Assembly: GCA_002269645.1 (NCBI GenBank)
Contig: NIVC01000083.1
Coordinates: 400,214-464,213, forward strand
Direction of reading: 5' to 3'
Origin: Macrostomum lignano
Lineage: Eukaryota
DNA length: 64,000 bases
A model generated the notes under the pieces. The model ran no database searches and had not been told where the DNA came from. It saw only the letters and a program-made list of their open reading frames with translations. The translations under genes and the position numbers were made by a program. Positions 41,832 to 64,000 of this stretch are shown here, in pieces. Every line of letters begins with the position of its first letter. The first letter of the stretch is position 1.

Positions 41832-43346
41832 ATGTGGCTTCAAGGCGATCCCAGCTGCCACAAGCATCACCAGCTGTTGCAAGAGCACCATCGTCAGGTT
41901 CACCAAAGCGCCGTGCATCTGAGGCAAATTCCGCCTTGCACCGTCAGCTCACCGGAGCGTCCGCTGCATCTGCTGCTGCCCCTGACGGAGACGCCAGCGC
42001 ACAACGCCACCGGCACATCGTCGGGACAGTCAACGGTTAGACGGACCGCTGCGGTGCCCGACTCGGACGACGGCTTGCTGCGCTTTCCCGGCCAGCGCAA
42101 AGCCAGCGCGCCGCGCACCCCAGTTCGTCCAGACGTCAGCTGGATTCGCCCGTCCGATGTCACCGATGACAAGCTGGACGATAAAGTCGACGATTGCAAC
42201 CGATTAAAGCGACCTCCACTGCCACCGACGCCACCTCCGCTGCCCCCGCCGCCGCCACCACCTCGTTCAACGCCTCCAGTTCTAACTCAACAGTCGTCGA
42301 ACTCCAAGCTACAGCAGCCGCCATCGTTGCCACCTCCGCCTACGGAGGAAGAGGTGCAACTATTGTTCAAACGACTTAACGTCAGACCAACAGCGACAAC
42401 GACCGAGAAGGCCGTCTGCAGCGCCAGCAGGAAGGTTATTGACTGGCAGTTGAAGCACGCCTGCCAGACTGCAACTGGACAAATCGAACAACAGCGTGAA
42501 AAGCCGTTGCCCAAGCAGCCACTTCGTCGGGCCACCAACTTGGCTGATGGCCTCGACAGGGTTGGTGAGCAGGAGCTTGTCAAAACTGATCGGCCGTCTG
42601 TAAAAGAGTTTGGTAGCCAGCAGCGGAAGGTGGCTACTCGTACCTTGGTAGCGTCCCCAAAGCGTAATCAACATCCTGAGCAATCGGCCGGGCCCGACGA
42701 CCAAGCCTGGCGAAATTTTCGTCGCGTCCAACGCGAACTTCAGGCGCCGTTGCGTCGGATCGCTGAGCGATTGCGCTCGGACGACGAGGGAGCAGCTCAA
42801 GTGGACGACGGCGGTTCTGGCTACGAGGACGGCGAAGACACCGAAGCGGTGCCACGGGCTTGTCGAAATGCCGCCGACAGGCGCTCGTGCCAGCGCGATT
42901 CCGCGACGGTTGCGTCATCTGCCGAACTGCACCGCCTCGAGCGGCAGCTTAGCGAGCTACGAGCCGATAGTCGGTCCGCTCAGCGGCGCCTACAGCATCG
43001 ACTCTGCGTTGACGATGCTCGACAGTCGAGAAAATCCTGCGCCTGCTGGCATCGCAAGCATCTTCATCATTGTCATCACCATCAGCATCAGCAGCAGGCC
43101 AGCAATCAGGCTGACGCGCTGCTTCTAGCTCGAGCTCGGCGCGACATTCTCCGGCGCCGGCGCCAGTCGCGCGAAGCGCTGGCTCGGGAAAGTCGCTCAC
43201 TGGAGCGCCGATGCGACTTGCTGCGCGTTCGATTGAGCGAATTCGGTCGACGGCTGGCCGAGTGGCCGGAAGGTGCAGCTTCCGGTGCGCTGAGCGACTG
43301 CGACAGCGAACTGCGAGCTGCCGCTGCTGTTCTGACTGAAGACTGA
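41832..43346 (+). CDS. Uncharacterised 504-aa protein: His/Gln-rich N-terminus, poly-Pro tract, predicted C-terminal coiled coils
   Basis: Long non-repetitive ORF with CAG/CTG-rich codon use like the neighbouring genes. First ATG after an acceptor at 41781-41782. No family recognised. Confidence 0.7.
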   Translation: MWLQGDPSCHKHHQLLQEHHRQVHQSAVHLRQIPPCTVSSPERPLHLLLPLTETPAHNATGTSSGQSTVRRTAAVPDSDDGLLRFPGQRKASAPRTPVRPDVSWIRPSDVTDDKLDDKVDDCNRLKRPPLPPTPPPLPPPPPPPRSTPPVLTQQSSNSKLQQPPSLPPPPTEEEVQLLFKRLNVRPTATTTEKAVCSASRKVIDWQLKHACQTATGQIEQQREKPLPKQPLRRATNLADGLDRVGEQELVKTDRPSVKEFGSQQRKVATRTLVASPKRNQHPEQSAGPDDQAWRNFRRVQRELQAPLRRIAERLRSDDEGAAQVDDGGSGYEDGEDTEAVPRACRNAADRRSCQRDSATVASSAELHRLERQLSELRADSRSAQRRLQHRLCVDDARQSRKSCACWHRKHLHHCHHHQHQQQASNQADALLLARARRDILRRRRQSREALARESRSLERRCDLLRVRLSEFGRRLAEWPEGAASGALSDCDSELRAAAAVLTED

Positions 43347-43707
43347 TGACGTTTTAAGACTACAGTTACCATTTCAGTGCTGATTGATGTCCCTTTTTAA
43401 TTGACTTTTTCAATTTCTGTAAGTGCCCTTCTGACGTAATTTCACTTACTGAACGCTTTTTCTTTGATTTTTATTACTCTGGACAGAAAAGAAACAGAAA
43501 AGATGACAAAAAAACTCTGTTTTGATTTTTATACAGTCGGTGTTGGACTGCAGTTTTGCTATATAGGTGTTGGTACATTTCGATTGTCCTTTATATTTTG
43601 AGTTGTTGCATTAACAATGTCCTTAGAACAATTATTCCATTCTTAATTCATCTATAAAGCTTAAAATTAACACCAGTCGCTCGACTCTAAACTAGATCGT
43701 ATCGTAT

Positions 43708-44931
43708 TCAGAAGTATAGATATTTCTGCCAGTCCATTAGCTCGGCAATGCTGCGATGAGGCAGCAGCACGATCGAGTCGTTGCCTTTGATAATCACGCA
43801 CTCTCGCTTAGTCGGTTGCCAATAGAAGCCCAAACAGGTGGGAAAGATTTTCTGGCACCTGTGCGAGCACATCAGCCGATTTCTGACCGTAGTGCCGGCC
43901 ACCGAGGCGGCCTCTTGCCAGCAGGCGGCTACAGGACGCGTAGCGTCAGATAGGTCTTTGTAGAAGGCAGTCGAATTGCCGTTGGACTGAATAAAACGAC
44001 CGGTGGACATTGCGACGGGTGAATTGGGGAGCTGGTAAAGCTGGTCCGCGGGAGCAGAGTTGTGCTCCGAATTCGAGTAGCAATAGACGCTGTTGAGTTC
44101 GGTACAGGTGGCGTCGCGTAGCTCAATGCCTGCATCTGACGACGGACTGTGGCTCATGGAGACGACACAGTCCTGACAACGATTTAAGAAATTATTTGTT
44201 TGTTAGAGATGAGTAAATACGAATATAACTAGATTTAATATTATATTGGGGGTCTGTAGTCTAATGGTTGGAACGTCGGAATCGAGACTGAAAGGTCCCA
44301 CTAGGAACGATTTGTGTCCTTGAGCAAGACACTCAACTCTGCATTGCTTCAGCTCACCCAGCTGTAAAATGGGTACCAGCTCGTGCAATTATAAGCGCAC
44401 ACACACCTGATCTCCTCCGTAATTATTCGGCTCAACGCTGTTAAATCCGCTGTCTGTCGGGCCGGTCACTTGACCGTCAAGAATCCACACCCAGCCGTCC
44501 TTCCTGGTGTCCCGTTCATTGCCAGAGTCGGTGAGTCCGACCCACCAGCCCGGATCCACCAGGAAGTCGCTGATCCGAGCGCGCATCGATTCGAAGACTC
44601 GCCTGCTGATTAGCTCCTGGTGATCATGAATAGTTACGCATAATAATACCTGCATGCGACAGCCTCATCTATTGTCTCAAACCCACCAACCACTTACAGT
44701 GTCCAGCCCACTTCCTCTTCATCAGTTCCTCACCTGTCCGTTGCTGTGGCAGGCGCGCACAGCCTGGCAGAAGTCAGCAGTGAAGTTGTAGGCATAGACG
44801 CAGTACTTCAGTGACGAATCCTGTACATCCGGCACGGTGAAGCTGCTTGGTTGGCATGACAACGAGGCTGTGACAGCTATCAGCAGCGAAGCAAATAGAA
44901 GACAAAGCACTGTAAAGCATTTTGGTGGCAT
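43708..44931 (-). CDS. Secreted C-type lectin domain + PAN/Apple domain protein, ~301 aa; exons 44931-44734, 44649-44407, 44172-43708
   Basis: Signal peptide MPPKCFTVLCLLFASLLIAVTA. CTLD motifs FCQAVRAC, WWVGLTD, GWVW, EPNN..DCV..D.TC. C-terminal CSHRCQKIFPTCLGFYWQPTKREC fits the PAN/Apple cysteine spacing. Both introns are phase 0, GT..AG. Confidence 0.85.
44248..44380 (+). mobile_element. CORE-type SINE copy C (B-box deleted, 3' truncated) in lectin-gene intron 2
   Basis: TTTGTGTCCTTGAGCAAGACACTCAACTCTGCATTGCTTCAGCTCACCCAGCTGTAAAATGGGTACCAGC. Confidence 0.8.
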
Positions 44932-45264
44932 AATTGAATTTCAAATCAAAGAAGGCTTGCGAAAATTGATTGTGTCCTCTTTTATAGACTCTTAGACAAA
45001 GGGTGTTTTTCCTTGATTTTTTTCCCAAGCGTGACTGAAACAATTCTGGGAGGATAGGCGAAGGTTCTCAGCCAAGGAAGAAAGTTGCGTGCTCTGATGA
45101 ATAAACAAAATTTCAGCATCGATGAGTGGCGAAAACGGAAATTTGATTGAATGGCATTTAAAAACTAAATTCCCAATTTTTTGTTCTTTGTTCTCTGCCG
45201 TCTCGCCGATGGGAAATTAATGACAAAATAGAACTCTGTTGTCGAATTTGTCGAACTGAATTTA

Positions 45265-47094
45265 ATTGGGTGTCAGGAATGCCAGAATCGGGTGTCAGTA
45301 ATGCCAGAATCGGGTGTCAGGAATGCCAGAATCGGGTGTCAGGAATGCCAGAATCGGGTGTCAGGAATGCCAGAATCGGGTGTCAGTAATGCCAGAATCG
45401 GGTGTCAGTTATGCCACAATTGGGTGTCAGTAATGCCAGAATCGGGTGTCAGTAATGTTAGAATCGGGTGTCAGGAATGCCAGAATCGGGTGTCAGTAAT
45501 GCCAGAATCGGGTGTCAGTTATGCCACAATTGGGTGTCAGTAATGCCAGAATCGGGTGTCAGTAATGCCAGAATTGGGTGTCAGTAATGCCAGAATCGGG
45601 TGTCAGTAATGCCACAATTGGGTGTCAGTAATGCCAGAATCGGGTGTCAGTAATGTTAGAATCGGGTGTCAGTAATGCCACAATTGGGTGTCAGTAATGC
45701 CAGAATCGGGTGTCAGTAATGCCAGAATCGGGTGTCAGTAATGCCAGAATCGGGTGTCAGTAATGCCAGAATCGGGTGTCAGTAATGCCAGAATCGGGTG
45801 TCAGGAATGCCAGAATCGGGTGTCAGGAATGCCGGAATCGGGTGTCAGTAATGTTAGAATCGGGTGTCAGTAATGTTAGAATCGGGTGTCAGTAATGCCA
45901 GAATTGGGTGTCAGTAATGCCAGAATCGGGTGTCAGAAATGCCAGAATCGGGTGTCAGTAATGCCAGAATCGGGTGTCAGTTATGCCACAATTGGGTGTC
46001 AGTAATGCCAGAATCGGGTGTCATGAATGCCAGAATCGGGTGTCAGGAATGCCAGAATCGGGTGTCAGGAATGCCGGAATTGGGTGTCAGTAATGTTAGA
46101 ATCGGGTGTCAGTAATGTTAGAATCGGGTGTCAGTAATGCCAGAATCGGGTGTCAGTAATGCCAGAATCGGGTGTCAGTAATGCCAGAATCGGGTGTCAG
46201 TAATGCCACAATTGGGTGTCAGTAATGCCAGAATCGGGTGTCAGTAATGCCAGAATCGGGTGTCAGTTATGCCACAATTGGGTGTCAGTAATGCCAGAAT
46301 CGGGTGTCAGTAATGCCAGAATTGGGTGTCAGTAATGCCAGAATCGGGTGTCAGTAATGCCACAATTGGGTGTCAGTAATGCCAGAATCGGGTGTCAGTA
46401 ATGTTAGAATCGGGTGTCAGTAATGTTAGAATCGGGTGTCAGTAATGCCAGAATTGGGTGTCAGTAATGCCAGAATCGGGTGTCAGTAATGCCAGAATCG
46501 GGTGTCAGTAATGTTAGAATCGGGTGTCAGGAATGCCAGAATCGGGTGTCAGTAATGCCAGAATCGGGTGTCAGGAATGCCACAATTGGGTGTCAGTAAT
46601 GCCAGAATCGGGTGTCAGTAATGCCAGAATTGGGTGTCAGTAATGCCAGAATCGGGTGTCAGTAATGCCACAATTGGGTGTCAGTAATGCCAGAATCGGG
46701 TGTCAGTAATGTTAGAATCGGGTGTCAGTAATGCCACAATTGGGTGTCAGTAATGCCAGAATCGGGTGTCAGGAATGCCACAATTGGGTGTCAGTAATGC
46801 CACAATTGGGTGTCAGGAATGCCACAATTGGGTGTCAGTAATGCCAGAATCGGGTGTCAGTAATGCCAGAATCGGGTGTCAGGAATGCCAGAATCGGGTG
46901 TCAGTAATGCCAGAATCGGGTGTCAGGAATGCCAGAATCGGGTGTCAGGAATGCCGGAATTGGGTGTCAGTAATGTTAGAATCGGGTGTCAGTAATGCCA
47001 GAATTGGGTGTCAGTAATGTTAGAATCGGGTGTCAGGAATGCCAGAATCGGGTGTCAGTAATTCCAGAATCGGGTGTCAGTAATGCCAGAATCG
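45265..47094. repeat. 22-bp minisatellite GGGTGTCAGTAATGCCAGAATC (~83 copies)
   Basis: Homogeneous array beginning ~340 bp upstream of the lectin ATG. Confidence 0.97.
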
Positions 47095-47364
47095 TTGGCT
47101 AATCAATTTATAGCCTCGACCATGCCAAGGAATTCGGCCTCTTACTGCTCGTAGAGTTGCCTTCAACCATGGTAGGTTTATGAGCAAATCAATGAGCAAA
47201 GCCTGAAAGATGAGGCATCAGGAGAAGGGTCAGCTCTGAGAACAGACCCGTCTTTATGCTTATCGTGTGAGTTCTGCTTCTTTAAAGTTGGTTTTTATCT
47301 GCCAAAATTTATCTGCGATATAAATATATCTATATATTTCTATATATAGATATACGAGCGTATA

Positions 47365-47404
47365 TACTCGTATCACTATAGATATATCTATAGTGATACG
47401 AGTA
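47365..47404. other. Perfect 40-bp palindrome TACTCGTATCACTATAGATA|TATCTATAGTGATACGAGTA
   Basis: Checked base by base; no spacer. Confidence 0.95.
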
Positions 47405-48024
47405 GAAACGTTTGCTTTCGCGTACAGAAATTATATTATACTCAACCAGCAAGTTAGAGCCTATATATAAGCGTTTCTAAAAAATATAGAAAAATTGCAA
47501 AGTTTGACTCATCGGTTTCATTAATCGATTTTGTGACGATGTTATCCATTCTGTTACCCAGTCAGCTGTTACAAAGTATTTAAAACAAAAAAACAAAAAA
47601 ATTAATTGAGTCACTCACACCAGTCGCTACTAACAGTAGTTCGATGTATTTTTTCACAGGTTAAATAAGTTTAGTATCAAGTTACCGTTGCTAAAGAACA
47701 AAAACATTTTTTGCTCCGGAAACTTTTGTTTTATTCCTACAGAGTTTGCATGGGGCGATAATTTTATCCAAGCTTCTCAGTTTGCCCAGCTTTTAGTTTG
47801 ATCAAACAAAATGCCTGCTGCTTTATTTACTCGTAGATTGCTTTACTTCTCCTCTGTTTGTTAACTATCATCAGCAAATTGCTGAGCTTGCGGAAACAGA
47901 GAGCTTGTATTTCAGACAAAAAAGATTGTTGCATAGTCTTCTTTTCTTAATAATGTACATTATACTGTATAATGTAATATATTTTTCGGATTGAAGCAGA
48001 GTTGGCTAAGATTGGATCATTACG

Positions 48025-49460
48025 TAGAGTGCCTCATTTATCGTACAGTAGAGTGCCTCATTTATCGTACAGTAGAGTGCCTCATTTATTGTACAGTAGA
48101 GTGCCTCATTTATTGTACAATAGAGTGCCTCATTTATCGTACAGTAGAGTGCCTCATTTATTGTACAATAGAGTGCCTCATTTATCGTACAGTAGAGTGC
48201 CTCATTTATCGTACAGTAGAGTGCCTCATTTATCGTACAGTAGAGTGCCTCATTTATTGTACAATAGAGTGCCTCATTTATCGTACAGTAGAGTGCCTCA
48301 TTTATTGTACAGTAGAGTGCCTCATTTATTGTACAGTAGAGTGCCTCATTTATCGTACAGTAGAGTGCCTCATTTTATCATAGAATAAAGTGGTTTCTTT
48401 AGCATACAGTAGAGAGCCTCATTTAAAACATTAAGTACACGTGAATGTGGATGTGTGTCTCATTTATAATTCAGTAGATAGTATTCCCTCATTAGTGTCA
48501 CACACGGAAAAGTGCCTCATTAGTGTCACACACAGAAAAGTGCCTCATTAGTGTCACACACGGAAGAGTGCCTAATTAGTGTCACTGTGTCACACAAAGA
48601 AGAGTGCCTCATTAGTGTCACACTGTCACACACAGGAGAGTGCCTAATTAGTGTCACACAGTCACACACAGGAGATTGCCTCATTAGTGTCACTCTTTCA
48701 CACACAGGAGAGTGCCTAATTAGTGTCACACAGTCACACACAGGAGATTGCCTCATTAGTGTCACTCTTTCACGCACAGGAGAGTGCCTTATTAGTGTCA
48801 CTCTTTCACACACAGGAGAGTGCCTTATTAGTGTCACACTGTCACTTACAGGAGAGTGCCTCATTAGTGTCACACGGTCACACACAGGAGAGTGCCTTAT
48901 TAGTGTCACTCTTTCACACACAGGAGAGTGCCTTATTAGTGTCACACTGTCACTTACAGGAGAGTGCCTCATTAATGTCACACGGTCACACACAGGAGAG
49001 TGCCTTATTAGTGTCACACGGTCACACACAGGAGAGTGCCTTATTAGTGTCACACTATCACTTACAGGAGAGTGCCTCATTAGTGTCACACGGTCACACA
49101 CAGGAGAGTGCCTTATTAGTGTCACACGGTCACACACAGGAGAGTGCCTTATTAGTGTCACACTGTCACTTACAGGAGAGTGCCTCATTAGTGTCACACG
49201 GTCACACACAGGAGAGTGCCTTATTAGTGTCACACCGTCACACACAGGAGAGTGCCTCATTAGTGTCACACCGTCACACACAGGAGAGTGCCTTATTAGT
49301 GTCACACCGTCACACACAGGAGAGTGCCTCATTAGTGTCACACCGTCACACACAGGAGAGTGCCTCATTAGTGTCACACCGTCACACACAAGAGAGTGCC
49401 TTATTAGTGTCACACGGTCACACACAGGAGAGTGCCTCATTAGGCTCACACTGTCACACA
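48025..49460. repeat. Adjacent 24-bp (48025-48425) and 33-bp (48480-49460) minisatellites sharing the core AGAGTGCCTYATT
   Basis: TAGAGTGCCTCATTTATCGTACAG, then GAGAGTGCCTYATTAGTGTCACACGGTCACACACAG-type units. Confidence 0.95.
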
Positions 49461-50158
49461 GAAGATTGCAGTAAAAAGTGCGCCTGGGTGGTCAAGTCTT
49501 GCAAGTGGACTTTCTGAAAGGCAAATAGAATATTAAATTTTGCGTTCCGTGGCAAAGTCGTGGACTAAAAATGCGAAAGAAATCGCCTCCCTTCAAGCCA
49601 AAATTCTTGCCAAACTATTGTGCTATGTTAGAATTTTCCCCTAATTAATGTGGGAAAACAGGGAATCCAGCGTCCGCTACCCTGCGCGGCTGGTTCTGGC
49701 CAGCTGGTTCTGGAAAAGATATGAAATATTCATGTTACCTGCCTCTTGCCTCTTCAACAAAGGCCAAAATGCAATTGCAGCTTACCAGGGAGCTTCGCTA
49801 TGGAGTAGAATAAAGAAAGGAGGGAGAAAAATGCTCTCTCTTGTCCCAACACGGCCGACGACAGGGCCCTGTAAGTAACGGCAGTTTCTGCAGGCACCAC
49901 AACCGCCTGGATGGCTAATATTTCTCGGCAAATTTTTTTGGCAAACGGTCTCTCATGGCTCACGCTCACCATCCTGTCGTTTGTTTGTCTTCTGCTGTTT
50001 TGGGCCGGTTGTCAAGCTGTTTCAGGGGGGGGAGGCGGTTGGGGAGGCTTAGCGAATGTGTGGGCGGGGGGACCCGCAGTGCTGGGGCGATGAAGCATGG
50101 AGTGCCAAGGTTGTAAAATCTGGATTGACCCGGCATCAGACGCAAAATTTAACAAGAC

Positions 50159-50400
50159 GGTTGCAGCCCAGTGGTCAGAGCGTCAGACTCGCGACTGAAA
50201 GGTCGGGGGTTCGATTCTTGATCCCACTCGGAACAATTTGTGTCTTTGAGCGAGACCCTTAACTCTGCATTGCTTCAGTTCACCCAGCTGTAAATGGGTG
50301 CCAGCATTAGCTGGGGTAATTGAGGGTGTGTGGCGACCCCCCAGTCCTTGTACTGAACAGCCGTACGCAGCCTTCAGATGCGCCTTGCACATCAATTACT
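50159..50400 (+). mobile_element. CORE-type SINE copy D, near full length
   Basis: A-box-like CAGCCCAGTGG (50164-50174), B-box GGTTCGATTC (50208-50217), then a core resembling the MIR/CORE domain (TGTGACCTTGGGCAAGT.ACTTAAC...CTGTAAAATGGG). Confidence 0.85.
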
Positions 50401-50789
50401 AAGAATAACATTATTCAAACTCCCAATATTTCACCTTTTGGACTTCACAATAGTAAATTTGCGAGTAGCAGCTATATGCTTTTCTTGCGGTTTATTCAAC
50501 AATCACAATTTAATAATCAAGCTAATTATCAAAAAAACGCTACAGGAGCAGGAAAGCAATGTTTGTTCTGTTCCTATTGCTTTAAGCGTAATTTTTCTAG
50601 TGTGAAATTTTTTGACACAATTTGCCAATGTCGAAACCTCAGTTGAGTGTCAGTGCGGTAATGCAATTGGAAGGCCTATACTCAAATCCTAGACCTGTGC
50701 ATGCAGTGCTCCTTGATTGGCGGTAGGCATCTCCGTCTGCTTGCAGCAATCTTGCTTGCTTCTACACGCTTGGCCTCTGTTTCGGCTTG

Positions 50790-50804
50790 GTTGCCATTGG
50801 CAAC
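50790..50804. promoter_or_regulatory. X-box palindrome GTTGCCATTGGCAAC, ~220 bp upstream of the polycystin-like ATG
   Basis: Consensus match at a promoter-proximal position. Confidence 0.55.
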
Positions 50805-51026
50805 AGAGAATTACAAAGCCTGGGAAGAGGATTCGGGGGGGGGGGGGGAGGAGTGGGGAGGAAAGTTTCCATCGGGATTAAAGTTGCGCATACCTTTTAC
50901 ACAGGTCCTCTCCGCTCACAAATTCTGGACTAGCGTCTCATTGACATTGCTATCCACATACTTACATACCAAAGAGCTTAGCGTTGAGAAGATATTCGAC
51001 AATAAATCATATTATTGTCCAGCTAG

Positions 51027-64000
<12,974 letters not shown>

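Noticed and set aside
45265-49460. CRISPR-like arrays
   Set aside because: Units are contiguous with no unique spacers, there are no cas genes, and the context is eukaryotic.
49650-49810. P-loop-like WPAGSGK peptide (helicase or NACHT relic)
   Set aside because: A single short motif in a stop-interrupted frame with no other helicase motifs.

Overview
Eukaryotic (animal) genomic DNA with GT-AG introns swollen by mini- and microsatellites and with poly-Q/poly-A coding tracts. The style resembles the flatworm Macrostomum, but the species is an inference. Gene models were reconstructed by hand from splice sites and reading-frame phase: (1) 3' part of a MEX3-like KH-domain gene (+, <1-1792), apparently without a RING finger; (2) TMEM33 (-, 9075-7297); (3) a cytosolic carboxypeptidase 2/3-like gene (AGBL2/3, +, 20903-38047, ~18 exons, M14 zinc motifs intact); (4) an unrecognised 504-aa Pro/His-rich ORF (+, 41832-43346); (5) a secreted C-type-lectin + PAN/Apple protein (-, 44931-43708); (6) a polycystin-1-like gene (+, 51027->64000: signal peptide, WSC, PKD repeats, F5/8C, start of REJ), whose largest exon (62165->64000) is missing from the ORF track. 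Mobile DNA: a hAT-type MITE with 8-bp TSD, a Tc1/mariner-type MITE with TA TSD, a foldback element inside an RTE-like LINE relic, and five copies of a tRNA-derived CORE-type SINE. About 28 tandem arrays account for nearly all very long ORFs in the track, and those ORFs are artefacts. Most notable observations: a phase-consistent antisense exon chain interleaved with the polycystin exons; a second candidate antisense gene in AGBL intron 2; a sharply bounded 3.5-kb CpG desert rich in TAGGCCTA, suggesting CG>TA hypermutation; a discoidin domain apparently inserted inside a PKD fold; and RFX X-box motifs at several cilia/polycystin-related genes. No CRISPR array, rRNA or intact tRNA gene was found.
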